Shown: positions 9,320 to 18,595 of the stretch, in pieces
Layout of the letters: the number at the start of each line of letters is the position of its first letter
Numbering within the stretch: position 1 is the stretch's first letter
NCBI GenBank assembly: GCA_046331345.1
Contig: JAXLRA010000009.1
Location: 69,427-133,426 of the forward strand
Direction: 5' to 3'
Length of the DNA: 64,000 bases
Origin: Vicinamibacterales bacterium
GTDB lineage: Bacteria > Acidobacteriota > Vicinamibacteria > Vicinamibacterales > CAVVIG01
Notes under the pieces: model-generated
What the model was told of the DNA's origin: nothing
Database searches by the model: none
The model's input: the letters and a program-made list of their open reading frames with translations, nothing else
Made by a program: the position numbers and the translations under genes

Positions 9320-9853
9320 TCAGAGCCGCGGCAGTTTCCCCAGGATCTTCGTCACCGCGTCGTCGACGCGCCATTCGATCATGTCCTGGTGGTCGATGCC
9401 CTCCAGCGACCCGTCGGACCAGCCGCGCCACACCAGCCTGTTCGTCTTCGCATCGACGAAGTCGAGCGTGATCGTGCCCGCGTCGTAGATGCTGGAGTGG
9501 CAGTCCTCGCAGTAGCCATACGGCCGGTCGAGCGCGTTGACGTCGATCTTCTGCGTGGCGTTGGCGTGGTAGTGGATGACCAGCGCCGCCGTCGCCGCCG
9601 TGGTCTTCTCGAGCCCCCTGGCCGCCAGCAGTTCGTCGGCCTTCGCCTGGAGCCGGCGTTCGAAGAATTCGTTGTTGTCCAGCCGCGCGTCACCAGTGCC
9701 GAACATGCCTTCCTCGGCCCAGGTGTAGCTGGTGTAGTGAGTGAAGTCCATCCCGCGCTCGAGCGAGGCGTTGACGCGGACCGGCGCACAGGCCGAGAAC
9801 GCGGTCGCCGCCGCAAGCAGCAGGAGCCCCAGAGTCCATCTCATCGTTCGCAT
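9320..9853 (-). CDS. DUF4136-family lipoprotein
   Basis: Start at the second Met (GGAGGG 6 nt upstream). Lipobox AFSAC. Conserved RLDNxFF...LVWRGW pattern shared with the next gene. Confidence 0.55.
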   Translation of the reverse strand: MRTMRWTLGLLLLAAATAFSACAPVRVNASLERGMDFTHYTSYTWAEEGMFGTGDARLDNNEFFERRLQAKADELLAARGLEKTTAATAALVIHYHANATQKIDVNALDRPYGYCEDCHSSIYDAGTITLDFVDAKTNRLVWRGWSDGSLEGIDHQDMIEWRVDDAVTKILGKLPRL

Positions 9854-9914
9854 GACCACCCTCCGTCGCGCCATTCGCGCATCCGCATCGAGCCGCCGTG
9901 TCTCCGTGGACCGG

Positions 9915-10463
9915 TCAGACCGACTTCGGGAACCTCGCGAACATGCGCGTCACTGCTTCCTGAATGCGCGCCTGGAACTTCTGCTGGTGATCCAGGACAC
10001 CGTGGACCGGGTTCTGCGCCCAGCCGCGCCAGATCAGCCGGTTGGTGTGGCCGTCGACCACGTCGATGACGATCGTGCCAACCTCGTTGTCGAATACCCG
10101 GACGGTGCAGTTCTCGTCGTAGCAGGCGCCGGTAGTCTGGTCGCCGGTGTTCACCTGCAGCTTCGAGGAGATGCTGGCGTGGTAGTGGACCCGCAGATCC
10201 GGGACGTCTCCCTCGGCGAGGGTCTGGGAGAAGCCGCGGGCGCTGAACTCGCGTTCGACCGCGCCCTGGAAGTGATCCTTGAAGAAGGAGTTATCGAGCC
10301 TGGCGTCGTTCTCGGGCAGGGCGTCGGGAGTGGACCAGTCCCAGGTGTGGTACTGCTTGATGTCGAGCCCCCGCTCCACATGCGAACTCACGTTCATCGT
10401 GGCGCAGGCGGACACGGAGAGCGCGAGAACCGCCACCGCTGGCCACCGCAGGAATCGCAGCAT
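9915..10463 (-). CDS. DUF4136-family lipoprotein (tandem paralog)
   Basis: Start at Met 23 of the track ORF (GAGGTG upstream). Signal peptide MLRFLRWPAVAVLALSVSACA. Paralogous to 9320..9853 (ARLDN, NRL(I/V)WRGW). Confidence 0.55.
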   Translation of the reverse strand: MLRFLRWPAVAVLALSVSACATMNVSSHVERGLDIKQYHTWDWSTPDALPENDARLDNSFFKDHFQGAVEREFSARGFSQTLAEGDVPDLRVHYHASISSKLQVNTGDQTTGACYDENCTVRVFDNEVGTIVIDVVDGHTNRLIWRGWAQNPVHGVLDHQQKFQARIQEAVTRMFARFPKSV

Positions 10464-10642
10464 GATGCACCTCGTTCCGTCGAATCGGGTCGTACTGCCC
10501 GCATGAACTGCGAAACCAGTACCACCCACCGGACAGATGCATGCGGCCGAAAGTTGGTGACGTGCGCCGGGTTCCCGGCAACTGTCGGGGAAAGATCAGC
10601 AGGGGAGGCGCGGAGTTCTCCCCGCCAGGGCACTCATGGGGG

Positions 10643-10656
10643 CCGCCTTCAGGCGG
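10643..10656 (-). terminator. GC hairpin with TTCA tetraloop (ccgcc ttca ggcgg) just downstream of the zinc-ribbon gene
   Basis: Perfect 5-bp GC stem with a 4-nt loop. The same motif recurs at 30945 and 37245. Confidence 0.3.
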
Positions 10657-10670
10657 ACCTGGCAGGGTGG

Positions 10671-11078
10671 CTACTTCCAGCCACTCGACTTGCGCGTGAA
10701 GCGGGCCGGCAGCGCGGGCTTCTTCTCGGGTTCCGGCTCGGTTTCGCCGGACGCCGCACGAATCTCGGCCTCGAGTTCGTCCTCGTTCGGCAGCCCGGCG
10801 AGCTGGTCGACGAAGAGGAGCGAGTGCTGCGACGGAATCTCGAACTTCTTGCCGCAGGACTTGCAGACCACATCCTCGTCGAGGCGCAGCAGGTAGTCGC
10901 GGAGCTTGGCGAAGCGCGCCCGGTCCTGCTCGTCGGCGCCCTGCGGAATCCGGTCCTTCTTCACGCGACGCACCCAGCGGACGTGGTACTCGTTGGTGCG
11001 GCGGCACTTCGGGCAGGTGTAGTGCCCGGGACGGGACTCGGGCCGGTCGGTGAAGAACGCACGCTCGTCTAGCGACAT
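10671..11078 (-). CDS. Zinc-ribbon (2x CxxC) hypothetical protein
   Basis: 135 aa with CPKC...CKSCGKK, an acidic middle and a Lys-rich C-terminus. Confidence 0.5.
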   Translation of the reverse strand: MSLDERAFFTDRPESRPGHYTCPKCRRTNEYHVRWVRRVKKDRIPQGADEQDRARFAKLRDYLLRLDEDVVCKSCGKKFEIPSQHSLLFVDQLAGLPNEDELEAEIRAASGETEPEPEKKPALPARFTRKSSGWK

Positions 11079-11103
11079 GGGACGATCTTACTTCGGGCGA
11101 TCG

Positions 11104-11952
11104 TTACCTCGTTAGATCGTTCGCCGTGAAGGCGACCACCTTGTTCCCGATCCCCCTGGCCCGTTCATCCGCCGTGGCCCGGATCACGCCGTAGATGACA
11201 CCCGGCTGGCTCCGGTCCCACGCGATGCCCTGACCGCGGATGTTCATCGGCAGTGTCGCCACGAGTTCCAGGACCGACCCGGCCTTCGGCAGCTGCACCT
11301 TGTACAGCTCGCCGAGATCGTGTCCGGTCAGGTAGAGATACCCGTCCGGGCCCCAGGAGCCGCCTGAATTGCTCATCACGTCGAACTTGTCGAGGATGCT
11401 GCGTGGCAGCGCCCACGCTTCGACCATCTGGAACGCCGGCGTGAACTTGATCAGCTGGGTGTTCAGCTTGTTGCCGTACTTCGATCGGTCCGGCCCGTAC
11501 GGCTGGTCGTAGTTCGCGAACACCATCCACCAGAACCCGTCGCGGAAGTCGACCCAGGTCAGGGAACCCCAGTTGATGCCGAAGCTGTGCGACCCGACGT
11601 GCTCCAGTGTCCCGGCATCGAAGATTTCGAGCGAGCTGGTCATCGGCCAGGCCGGGTAGTTGGAGTGCGGCGCGTAGATCTTCCCGTCCAGGACCATGGC
11701 GCCGTCCATGTGGATCAGCGGGCCGCCCTTGTCCTGCGCCCACTTCTTCACCAGGGCGCCGGTCTTCTTGTCGTACTTCGCGATCGTCGTGTTGTCGATG
11801 GCGTAGAAGTGCGACGCATCGACGGCGACGCCCTGGCCCGCTTCCGGTGCGATGAACTCGGCGATCTGGGTGAGCGAGGGCTGCGCGAGGAGGAGCGCCG
11901 GCGCGATGATCAGGGAGACCACCGCGCCGGCAAGGGTCGTGAGTCGTGGCAC
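11104..11952 (-). CDS. Secreted hypothetical protein (beta-rich), last gene of the GMC dehydrogenase cluster
   Basis: The ORF has no internal ATG before aa 100. The GTG at aa 23 (11952) avoids overlapping the upstream gene. The alternative GTG at 12018 would overlap the upstream gene by 56 nt. Signal peptide LAGAVVSLIIAPALLLAQP. Confidence 0.45.
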   Translation of the reverse strand: MPRLTTLAGAVVSLIIAPALLLAQPSLTQIAEFIAPEAGQGVAVDASHFYAIDNTTIAKYDKKTGALVKKWAQDKGGPLIHMDGAMVLDGKIYAPHSNYPAWPMTSSLEIFDAGTLEHVGSHSFGINWGSLTWVDFRDGFWWMVFANYDQPYGPDRSKYGNKLNTQLIKFTPAFQMVEAWALPRSILDKFDVMSNSGGSWGPDGYLYLTGHDLGELYKVQLPKAGSVLELVATLPMNIRGQGIAWDRSQPGVIYGVIRATADERARGIGNKVVAFTANDLTR

Positions 11953-11962
11953 GAACGCGATC

Positions 11963-13630
11963 TTACAGCTTCGCGAGCGTCCCGTTCTTCGCCGCCTTCG
12001 TGATGTGTTCGGCCGCACGGAACGCCAGCGCCTGAATCGTCATCGTCGGGTGGTTGCGGCCGCCCGTGACGAGGGTGCTGCCGTCGACGATGAAGAGGTT
12101 GGGGACGTCGTGAGCCCGGTGGTACTTGTTCACGACGGAGGTCTTCGGGTCGTTGCCCATGCGGCAGGAGCCGCGGTTGTGCGCGCTGCCGCGGGCATCG
12201 TTGACCGGCGCGGCCCAGGTCTTCGTGGCCCCGGCGGCCTGCAGCACTTCCAGCCCCTTCTGCCGGAAGAACTCCATCGCCTTGATGTCGTCCGGATGGC
12301 TCTGCGAGGTGATGCGCATGGCCGGGAGCCCCCAGGCGTCCTTCACCTCGGGGTCGAGATCCACGCGGTTCGACGCGAGCGGCAGCTGGGTGACGAACGA
12401 GGTGATCGTCATCTTGTGGTTCGCCTCGTCGCGCAGCGCCTGCTTGTAGGCGGCGCCCCAGCGCGCCGTGCCCGGCGACAGGCCGCGCAGCGCGTAGTTG
12501 ATGGGCGTGTCGAAGCCACGCGCCGTCATGCGGCCGCCGCCGTAGAAGCCGCGCTTCGGATCGCTCGGCACGAAGTCGACGATGGCCGCGCCGGTGACGA
12601 GCCCCTTGTAGTCGTTCAGCGGGTGCTCGAAGAGCGCGTTCGCGCTCACGGTGTTGCCGAGCATCAGATAGCGGCCGACCACGTCGTTGTTGTTGGCGAG
12701 GCCGTTCGGGAAGCGCTGGCTCTTCGAGAGCAGCAGCAGCCGGGCGGACTCGGTGCCGTTCGCTGCGAGAATCACCGTCTTCGCGCGCTGGCGGACGACG
12801 CGCTTGTCGGCGTCGAAGTAGGCCACACCCGTGCACTTGCCCGTGGAGTCCACGGTGATCTCGTGCACGTACGACCGGACGCGAATCTCACACTTGCCCG
12901 TCTTCTCGGCCAGCGGCAGCATCGACACCGCCGAACTCGAACGTGCCTTGACGTGGCAGCCGAACCCGGAGCACATGCCGCAGTTCACGCACGCCGAGCG
13001 CCCCATGTAGTCCTTCGAGATCACGGCGAGCGGTCCGCGCACGACCGTGAGGCCCATCTTGGCGGCGCCCATCTTCATGAGTGCGCCGGACGCCTTCAGC
13101 GGCACCGGAGGCACCGGGTAGTCCTTCGACATCGGCGCGACGAGGGGCGAGTCGATCCGCATGCCCGAGATGCCCATCTCCCACTCGGCCTGCACGTAGT
13201 ACGGCTCGAGCTCCTCGTAGGTGAGCGGCCAGTCCTGGAGGCCCGTGCCCGAGACGCCGCCGGTCACCGTGGCCTCGTTGAACTCCCAGGGCAGGTGACG
13301 CCAGCTGCTGCCGCCGTACGTCACGGTGCCGCCGCCGACCACGCAGCCGTAGCTGTGCGAACCGGGGACGGTCTTGTCTTTCTCGGTCCGGCGGAACGTG
13401 TTCGGCTGACGAACCGGGTCGCTCATCAGCTGGTAGTCCATGCCGCCCTGATCGTTCAGGTACTCGTCCTTCGTGTACTCGTGCTCCTTGCCGTACTTGC
13501 CCCAGCCGCCCTGCTCGAGGACGACGACGGTGAAGCCGGCCGTGGCGAGCTGCTTGGCCATGATGCCGCCGCCGGCGCCGGAGCCGATGACGACGAAATC
13601 GACCTCAGTGTTCGGTGAGAACTGAGCCAT
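11963..13630 (-). CDS. GMC-family FAD-dependent oxidoreductase (gluconate 2-dehydrogenase flavoprotein-like)
   Basis: 555 aa. N-terminal DFVVIGSGAGGG dinucleotide fold and GMC C-terminal blocks (HxxGSCRMG, FIVDGS). Confidence 0.8.
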   Translation of the reverse strand: MAQFSPNTEVDFVVIGSGAGGGIMAKQLATAGFTVVVLEQGGWGKYGKEHEYTKDEYLNDQGGMDYQLMSDPVRQPNTFRRTEKDKTVPGSHSYGCVVGGGTVTYGGSSWRHLPWEFNEATVTGGVSGTGLQDWPLTYEELEPYYVQAEWEMGISGMRIDSPLVAPMSKDYPVPPVPLKASGALMKMGAAKMGLTVVRGPLAVISKDYMGRSACVNCGMCSGFGCHVKARSSSAVSMLPLAEKTGKCEIRVRSYVHEITVDSTGKCTGVAYFDADKRVVRQRAKTVILAANGTESARLLLLSKSQRFPNGLANNNDVVGRYLMLGNTVSANALFEHPLNDYKGLVTGAAIVDFVPSDPKRGFYGGGRMTARGFDTPINYALRGLSPGTARWGAAYKQALRDEANHKMTITSFVTQLPLASNRVDLDPEVKDAWGLPAMRITSQSHPDDIKAMEFFRQKGLEVLQAAGATKTWAAPVNDARGSAHNRGSCRMGNDPKTSVVNKYHRAHDVPNLFIVDGSTLVTGGRNHPTMTIQALAFRAAEHITKAAKNGTLAKL

Positions 13631-13645
13631 GTCGTGTCTCCTCGG

Positions 13646-14230
13646 TCAGCGGCTCGTGGAGCCGGGAAGGGCGTCGTAGTAGCCGAAGGGGGGCGTGTGC
13701 TTCAGCGAGTCGTCGTAGTGCACGAGCGCCCAGCCCACCTTGCCCTGGTTGCCGCCGTGCGACGGCGCGGCGAAGAAGCCGGTCACCGTGTGGGTGCGCA
13801 CCATGTTGAAGAAGGCGCCCTTCTCCATGGCCGTCAGCACCTTGATCTGGTCGGCGGAGGAGAGGGACGCGAACGAAGTTGCCGCCGGCACCAGCTGCTT
13901 CGTCTGGGCCGCCAGTTCGGCGAGCCCCTTGGTGTAGTCGGCCTGTGCGTCCTTCTCGAACGTGGTGAGGATGCGGTCGATGAACACGATGACGCGCGCC
14001 TCGCGGGCGCCCGGCGTCGAGTCGGTCGGAATGATCTGGGCGGCCATGGCCTCGACGTCCGCGGCCTGGGCCGCCGTGAAGAAGCCGAAGGCTGGTGTGG
14101 CCCCTCCGCGCGTGGACTGCTGCACGAAGGCGTAGGCCTCCGCAATCCCGCCCGCGTTGGCCGTGGCCCACGCAGCGCCCGCTCCGATCAGCGATGCCCG
14201 CAGGAATTCGCGCCGTGACCGCTCGCTCAT
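13646..14230 (-). CDS. Gluconate 2-dehydrogenase subunit 3 family protein (TAT-exported small subunit)
   Basis: 194 aa from MSERSRREFLRASLIGAGAAWA (twin-arginine signal). The C-terminal PPFGYYD pattern is shared with the paralog at 28647. Confidence 0.7.
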   Translation of the reverse strand: MSERSRREFLRASLIGAGAAWATANAGGIAEAYAFVQQSTRGGATPAFGFFTAAQAADVEAMAAQIIPTDSTPGAREARVIVFIDRILTTFEKDAQADYTKGLAELAAQTKQLVPAATSFASLSSADQIKVLTAMEKGAFFNMVRTHTVTGFFAAPSHGGNQGKVGWALVHYDDSLKHTPPFGYYDALPGSTSR

Positions 14231-14322
14231 GATGTGTCCTTTCAGCCCGCGACGGGCCGCCATGTGACCCGCGGTTGTACGTCGGCGGCCCGCCCCTGTC
14301 AATGAGGAAGAAGCCGGGAGGG

Positions 14323-15534
14323 TTACCCGATCAGGCGCAGGACCAGCAGGCTTGCCACCACGACGGTCGTCCAGCGCGCCACGCGGGCATGTGTGTGCTT
14401 CAGGCGGTTCCAGCCAAAGGCCGCCAGGGTCATCGTCGAGATGAGGAGGACGATGAGCGGAAGGAGCTGGAGGGGCGTCAGCGTGGGGCCGAAGATGTTG
14501 AGGAAACCCGGAGCCCAGACGGAGCCGAACACGATGAAGAGGTGGAGGACGTAGATCAGGAGCGACTCCTGGGCCACCGCGCCGAAGACGTGCGGCAGCT
14601 GGGTGAGCCGGTTGCTGGCCTGGGCGATGACGCCGACGATCGCCAGGCACACGCCGGCCCTGAGCAGGAGGTTGCCGGGCACCCACGCGAACGCACCGGC
14701 GCCGAAGATCTGGAACTGGTAGGCGTTCAGCACCGTACCGGCACAGACGCTGAGCGCGCCCGGTACGAGCAGGGCGCGCGTGGCGTACTGCCCCAGGTGC
14801 GCCGCGCCCCAGCGCGCATACAGCTGTCCCAGCGCCGCGCCGGTGAGGATGAACGCCGACCAGGGCATCAGCGGGAACAGGGAGCCGGTCGCGGGTGTCA
14901 GGTAAGCCGCCAGCGCAGCCGGCAGCCGCGCCGACCAGTCCGTGGTCCAGGCCCACGGTGCCGCGACGACGAGCGCGAGTGACAGGGCCAGGGTGACGGC
15001 GCCGAACACCCGCCGCGAACGGCAGAGCAGCACCAGGACCTGCACGCCGATGAAGGTCACACCGATCAGCTGGAGGACGTCCACGCCGAGCAGCGTCCGC
15101 CACTCTGCCTCGCTCGCCGTGGCCATCCGGCTGAGCGGGGCCAGCGGGGCCCGCATGGCGTAGCCGATCACCACGAACAGCAGGAAGCGGCGCATCCGCT
15201 TCAGCAGGGCCGGCGACAGCGTGAGGTGCGACGACCAGTGTCGCGCGGTGGCGATGCTGAAGGCGAACCCCGAGAGCAGCAGGAACAGGCATGACGTGAG
15301 CCCGCGCTGGAATTGCCAGACATCGAAAAGGTAGCCGGTGCGGTAGGCAGGAGCCAGCAGGGCGTCCACCGTGTGGCCGTAGAGCATGAAGACCACCGCC
15401 AGCGCGCGCGCGAGGTCGATGAAGATGACGCGCGTCTTGTGGGATCCCGGGCGCGCAGCCTTCGGCGAGGCAGCTTCAGACGTCACAACGGCACCGGGGC
15501 GACCCGGCTCCTGGGGTGACATCGGCGGCGGCAT
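14323..15534 (-). CDS. DUF1624 / acyltransferase-3-like (HGSNAT-type) polytopic membrane protein
   Basis: 403 aa from MPPPMSPQEP, with about 10 TM helices. IFIDLARALAVVFMLYGH is the typical N-terminal block of this family. The rest of the 1178-aa track ORF is antisense to rapA. Confidence 0.5.
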   Translation of the reverse strand: MPPPMSPQEPGRPGAVVTSEAASPKAARPGSHKTRVIFIDLARALAVVFMLYGHTVDALLAPAYRTGYLFDVWQFQRGLTSCLFLLLSGFAFSIATARHWSSHLTLSPALLKRMRRFLLFVVIGYAMRAPLAPLSRMATASEAEWRTLLGVDVLQLIGVTFIGVQVLVLLCRSRRVFGAVTLALSLALVVAAPWAWTTDWSARLPAALAAYLTPATGSLFPLMPWSAFILTGAALGQLYARWGAAHLGQYATRALLVPGALSVCAGTVLNAYQFQIFGAGAFAWVPGNLLLRAGVCLAIVGVIAQASNRLTQLPHVFGAVAQESLLIYVLHLFIVFGSVWAPGFLNIFGPTLTPLQLLPLIVLLISTMTLAAFGWNRLKHTHARVARWTTVVVASLLVLRLIG

Positions 15535-15560
15535 GGGGGAGATGGTACCGCTAAACCACG

Positions 15561-18410
15561 TCACCGCGCCGGCCCCCGGTGCACGAGCCGGAGGCTGTCG
15601 AGCCGCAGGCGTGCGGCACCGAGCAGGGCATCCAGGGCGTGCTGCTGTTCCTGGAGCAAGGCGATCTCTTCGTCGCGAACCGTGCGGTTGAGGACCTGGA
15701 GTTCGCGGAGTCGCGTGGCTTCGTGTGTCAGCTGGCCGTGCATCGCCGCACGCGCGGCCGAGATGAGGGGCGGCACCTGTGCGCCGGCGAGTTCGCGCAC
15801 GCGCTCGAGCATCCGCGGCAGCAGGCGGTCGCGGACGTCTTCGCGTACCACGAGCGCGCGGGCGCCCGCGAGGCCGGGTGGGGCGGCGAGCGGGGCCGCC
15901 GCCAGCAGGGCCGTGGCGTCGTGGCCGCGGTGGTCCACCGCCGCCGTGAGCGGTGTTGGCGGCAGGAAGCGGTCGGCGTGCATCGCACCCGGCGCTACGC
16001 ACTCGAGGACGAATGTCGCCTCCAGGTACAGCGTCGTCTTCGATGCGTCGGGCCACCGGGCGAACGCGCAGTTGCCCTTCTCGGAGCCGAGGAGCAGGTC
16101 GATGGCGCCCGTGGTCAGCGGATGGTCCCACGTGAGGAACTGCAGGTCTTCGCGAACGAGGGCACGCGCACGATCCCGCGTGACGGTCAGCCCTTCTGCC
16201 TTGAGTCCGGGGAACTCGTCGACCAGCACGCCGGCGGAACCGAGCTTGAAGGTCCGCGGGGCAATCTCCTCGACGTCGATGAAGAAGAGGTCGAACGCCG
16301 CGAGCATGAAGTCGTCCAGGCGACGGTCCGCGTCCTGCGCACGGATGGCGTCGACCACCCGCGACGACTGCGCGGGGCGCGACGAGTTCCACTCGAGGAG
16401 CCGATCCCGTCCCTCCTCCATCCGGTGCGCCGTTTCCTCGCGGGCACGCCGGACCTCGTCGATGAACGCCGGAAGGTCGCCAGCTACGGCGGCCGCCGCG
16501 CGCGGCATGGCCGTGGCCAGGTCGCGGATGCGGGGCTCGAAGCGTTCGAGCAGTTCGCGCGCGCCGGGCACGTGCTGCTGCAGGGCATCCAGCCCCTCGT
16601 GGTACCAGGCCGCCAGCACCTCGAGGTGGGTACCGCGCACCACCGGCACGTGCACGTGGATATCGGACGTCTGGCCGATGCGATCGAGCCGCCCGAGCCG
16701 CTGCTCGAGCAGCGCCGGGTCGAGCGGGAGGTCGAACAGGACCAGGTGGTGCGCGAACTGGAAGTTGCGTCCCTCGCTGCCGATCTCCGAGCAGACGAGG
16801 AGCCGGGCCCCGTCGGGCTCGGCAAACGACGCGGCGCCCCGATCGCGCTGCACCAGTGTCAGGCCTTCGTGGAAGGCCGTGACCGCGATCGTGGTGCGCT
16901 GCCGGAGCGCGGCTTCGATCGCGAGCGCCTTGCGCTGCGAGCGGCAGATCACCAGCACCTTCTGATCGCCGAGCGACTGCAGCGTGGCGAGCAGCCACTC
17001 GATACGCGGGTCGTCGGGCCCGAGGACCTGCCGCGTGGTGTCCGGCTCCCCGAGGTCGTGCTGCCATTCGCGGGCGAACGCCTCGCGTGACGCGCGGCCT
17101 GCGGAGTCGAGCATGGTGAGGCGCGCGATCCGTCTCGGGAAGCCCGCGATCGTGGCGCGCGTATTCCTGAACATCACGCGGCCGGTCCCATGCTGATCGA
17201 GGAGCCTGTCGACCCACTCGGCCCGCACCGCCGCCGCACCTGCGCCGGCGAACCCGTGCGCGATGGCGCTGGCCGGTTCGCCGAGCACGAGGGCCAGCGA
17301 CGCCTGATCGCTGGTCGAGAGCGGGGTGCCGTCGCGCAGCAACTGCGCGAGATGCGCCACCTGCCGGAATTCCGCGGACTCCCTGGCGAACTGCTCGAGG
17401 TCGACGAAACGGTCCGGATCCAGCAGCCGCAGGCGCGCGAAGTGGCTGGCCACACCGAGCTGCTCGGGCGTGGCGGTCAGCAGCAGCAGGCCCGGCGACA
17501 CCCGCGCCAGGCGCTCGATCGCCGCGTAGCCGGGGCCGGGGGCGGCGGGCGTCCACTCGAGGTGGTGCGCCTCGTCGACCACCAGGATGTCCCACCCGGC
17601 CTCGGCGGCCTGGTCGAGCCTGGCCGGATTCTCGGTGAAGAGTGTCAGCTCGCAGAGGAGCAGTTGGTCGTCGAGGAACGGATTGGCGCCGGGGTCGGCA
17701 TCCTCGATGGCGACGCAGCGGGCTTCGGTGAAGATGTGGAACCAGAGGTTGAAGCGCCGCAGCAGTTCGAGGAACCACTGGTGCACGAGCGTCTCCGGCA
17801 CGACGATCAGCACGCGGCTCGCACGCCCGGTGAGGAGCAGCCGATGCACGATGAGACACGCCTCGATGGTCTTGCCGAGGCCGACCTCGTCGGCGAGCAG
17901 CACGCGAGGCAGCAGCCGCGACGTGACCTCCGCCGCGATCCCGAGCTGATGCGGCAGCAGGTCGATGCGGCCGCCGACCAGCCCCCGCACCTCCGATTTC
18001 CGTCGTTCGTGCTGGTGGACCAGGGCCGTGCGCCGGGTCTCGAATGCCGTGGAGGCGTCGAACTGGGCGGCGAAGAGCCGCTCCAGCGGACTGCTGAAGC
18101 TGAGCGTGTGGCTCAGCTCCGTCTCGCAGAACTCGCCGGTGTCGACGGTGTAGTAGCGCAGTCCGTCCTGCTCCCGGACGGACACGACCGTGGTCGGGCC
18201 GTGGCCTCTGGACGCGACCGTATCGCCCGCGCGGAAGGCGGCGCGCCTGATCGGCGCCTCGTCGCTGGCCACGTACTGACGGGTCTCGCGTGTCGCTGGA
18301 AACCAGAGTGTGACCGTGCGCGGGCCGGCGCTCCTGATCTCACCCAGCCCGAGTTCCGGTTCGCTGACGCTGATCCACCGCTGCCCCGGCGTGAAGGCGG
18401 GTGCGCTCAT
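15561..18410 (-). CDS. rapA: RNA polymerase-associated SNF2-family ATPase RapA (HepA)
   Basis: 949 aa. Walker A LADEVGLGKTIEA, DEAH-like VVDEAHHL, a C-terminal helicase domain, and the RapA-specific N-terminal Tudor-like fold. Confidence 0.85.
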   Translation of the reverse strand: MSAPAFTPGQRWISVSEPELGLGEIRSAGPRTVTLWFPATRETRQYVASDEAPIRRAAFRAGDTVASRGHGPTTVVSVREQDGLRYYTVDTGEFCETELSHTLSFSSPLERLFAAQFDASTAFETRRTALVHQHERRKSEVRGLVGGRIDLLPHQLGIAAEVTSRLLPRVLLADEVGLGKTIEACLIVHRLLLTGRASRVLIVVPETLVHQWFLELLRRFNLWFHIFTEARCVAIEDADPGANPFLDDQLLLCELTLFTENPARLDQAAEAGWDILVVDEAHHLEWTPAAPGPGYAAIERLARVSPGLLLLTATPEQLGVASHFARLRLLDPDRFVDLEQFARESAEFRQVAHLAQLLRDGTPLSTSDQASLALVLGEPASAIAHGFAGAGAAAVRAEWVDRLLDQHGTGRVMFRNTRATIAGFPRRIARLTMLDSAGRASREAFAREWQHDLGEPDTTRQVLGPDDPRIEWLLATLQSLGDQKVLVICRSQRKALAIEAALRQRTTIAVTAFHEGLTLVQRDRGAASFAEPDGARLLVCSEIGSEGRNFQFAHHLVLFDLPLDPALLEQRLGRLDRIGQTSDIHVHVPVVRGTHLEVLAAWYHEGLDALQQHVPGARELLERFEPRIRDLATAMPRAAAAVAGDLPAFIDEVRRAREETAHRMEEGRDRLLEWNSSRPAQSSRVVDAIRAQDADRRLDDFMLAAFDLFFIDVEEIAPRTFKLGSAGVLVDEFPGLKAEGLTVTRDRARALVREDLQFLTWDHPLTTGAIDLLLGSEKGNCAFARWPDASKTTLYLEATFVLECVAPGAMHADRFLPPTPLTAAVDHRGHDATALLAAAPLAAPPGLAGARALVVREDVRDRLLPRMLERVRELAGAQVPPLISAARAAMHGQLTHEATRLRELQVLNRTVRDEEIALLQEQQHALDALLGAARLRLDSLRLVHRGPAR

Positions 18411-18592
18411 TCGGAGCCGTCGGCGCGGCGCACGTCGAGCGTCCGGTCGTCACCGCGTCCGACAATGCGGAGCCGCCAGGGGTTGCAGCACACCTCGCAG
18501 TCCTGGACGAAGGTGCCTCGGACATCCGCCTCGACGTAGATCTCCACCGATTCGCCGCAGTAGGGGCAGGTCACCCAGAACGCGTCGTCCAT
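18407..18592 (-). CDS. CPXCG-motif cysteine-rich small protein (zinc ribbon), overlapping the rapA start
   Basis: 61 aa with CPYCG...CEVCC. Its stop overlaps the rapA ATG (ATGA). Confidence 0.6.
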   Translation of the reverse strand: MDDAFWVTCPYCGESVEIYVEADVRGTFVQDCEVCCNPWRLRIVGRGDDRTLDVRRADGSE

Positions 18593-18595
18593 GGC

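Noticed and set aside
9389-11072. ORFs 9389..10069 (+), 9741..11072 (+) and 10291..11007 (-)
   Set aside because: They are antisense or off-frame to the DUF4136 and zinc-ribbon genes, which have signal peptides and SDs. No motifs.
11852-13618. 588-aa plus-strand ORF and 11910..12836 (-) inside the GMC oxidoreductase gene
   Set aside because: They are opposite or off-frame to a gene with the canonical GxGxxG FAD fold. The composition is biased.
14323-17859. 1178-aa minus-strand track ORF
   Set aside because: Only the C-terminal 403 aa (14323..15534) form a coherent membrane protein. The remainder runs antisense or off-frame through rapA and is Arg/Pro-rich. It is treated as a read-through artefact.
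15579-18539. 503-aa, 427-aa and 449-aa plus-strand ORFs across rapA
   Set aside because: They are antisense to rapA (Walker motifs are in the minus frame). The sequences are low-complexity.
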